Shown here one piece after another: positions 62,701 to 64,000 of a stretch of 64,000 nucleotides of DNA. Made by a program: the position numbers and the translations under genes. The DNA comes from Paramoeba atlantica (Eukaryota > Protista > Discosea): assembly GCA_977017575.1 (NCBI GenBank), contig CDRNVI010000099.1, forward strand, positions 124,001 to 188,000, in the 5' to 3' direction. Position 1 is the stretch's first letter; each line of letters begins with the position of its first letter. The notes beneath the pieces are model-generated. The model did no database searches and was not told the origin of the DNA. It saw only the letters and a list, made by a program, of their open reading frames with translations.

Positions 62701-64000
62701 CACAAGAAGCTTGATGGGCTAGCTGCCGTAGTTCACGTTGCGTGTGAACCGCAAAAAAAATGCCCTTCCGGCTTGCCAGGTATGAACTGGAAATGAAACT
62801 TGAAACGATGAAAATGCTGGTACACCTAAAGCGCTTCAACCTTTATTCAATATTTCAGAACAAGAGTGGGAGGAATGGGGATCTTGTCTTGAGTTTCGTT
62901 GGAATCCAGAGATACACAATGATGAAAATGCTTAGTGGCTAGAAATAGGCAGCGAGATGTTTCCTACTATCATAGTACTATTATACAGTAGACAAGTATA
63001 AAACGGTGGTATACCAAATATCTACAAAGTCGGAGAAAATACAAGACCTGTAGGGGGGGGGTACATATCGTTGCCCACCACTGTACGTATTGCAAGTTCT
63101 ACATCTATTGTACGTGTATATAGAATAAAATTTACCAACCATCGGGGTTATAACTTTTCCCCAACTATAACCTTTTTCTTGCTATCCCTCCAATATACAG
63201 TAGTTCCCAAATCGCGCAGCCCCTACGGCACGAACTCTACATTACATGAGCCCCACGCGAGTTTCATTGTGTTGCCCTCTCTCACTCACTTTGGGGCCGG
63301 CGCGCATTCACTTTTCATCTTTCATTACTTCAATGACCAACATAAAAAGAGTCAAAGAGACATTTCATAATCGTCACAGGAGTGTTCATTGCCCGTGGAC
63401 CTACAAACTTCTCGATCTTCCCTGACACTGCCATCTCACAGATGGTGTTTGATTCCTCATATTTTATGTTACGGGTAACACCAAGTACCATGCGTACGGT
63501 ACGCGAGTATGGTACTCGGTTACTCAAGGCCCTAGGTACTTCATTTGGCTGAGTGCCGTACTCGCGTACGTATGATAATATGCCACTTTTGTTCCACGCA
63601 AAACGGTTTTTCTATATTTTGCTGTTTTCTATATACTGCACCCCCCTAGTTATCTATCGCTACATTTCGAGAAAAGGTGACACATGAGTAGGGTGGGGGT
63701 GCGATAGATAACTAGGAGGTCAAAGTGCGACATATATCTAGGGGGTCGGTCGCCAAAAAAAGCGAGGGAACGAAATGTTACATATTTAAGTATTTCTCGA
63801 TATTTCAGAGTACCTCCAGGTTTTATTTATTCGATCAACGGCCTATGAGTTGTAGCGATAGTGAAGAACTATCAAGCGGAGCGATTCTTTCGGAAAGGGA
63901 CGATACCGACTGTTTTCATAGAAAAAGATGATCCGGACTCCCAACGCGGTGGAATCTCCCCCTTTTCCCCCAAATTTTTTCTTAAAAAAAGTACTTCAAA

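Overview
Eukaryotic, intron-less, transposon-dense window. The host is most likely a euglenozoan (kinetoplastid of the Perkinsela type, or a diplonemid). This is inferred from spliced-leader (SL)-like relics, co-oriented intron-less genes and a short-LRR gene family that I recall as expanded in Perkinsela; it is not verified. Host genes: several short leucine-rich-repeat (LRR) paralogues on the minus strand (five intact or nearly so, others broken), a frameshifted ABCA transporter (about 37.3-45.2 kb) and an SFT2-like gene. Mobile DNA dominates: four large copies plus one 3' stub of an RLE-type (R2/NeSL/HERO-like) non-LTR retrotransposon in two subfamilies, CRE/SLACS-like fragments, Tc1-like transposons (one apparently intact) and derivatives, a Merlin element with TIRs and a 9-bp TSD, a Harbinger/ISL2EU-like transposase remnant, MITE-like hairpins and a 2.8-kb (GATA)n array. 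Best candidate for an undescribed system: the RLE retrotransposons and a 0.57-kb non-coding partner begin with a 26-nt SL-like relic (consensus AAAGATACAGTTTCTGTACYTTGTTG). The autonomous copies encode 4-5 CxHxCxDKxxCxHxCCK (Mer3/HFM1-like) zinc fingers rather than the usual R2 CCHH/Myb module, and none has a poly(A) tail. In three independent cases the insertion falls in the same codon position (the x of LxLxxN) of host LRR genes. All alignments and counts were made by eye; no database searches were run.
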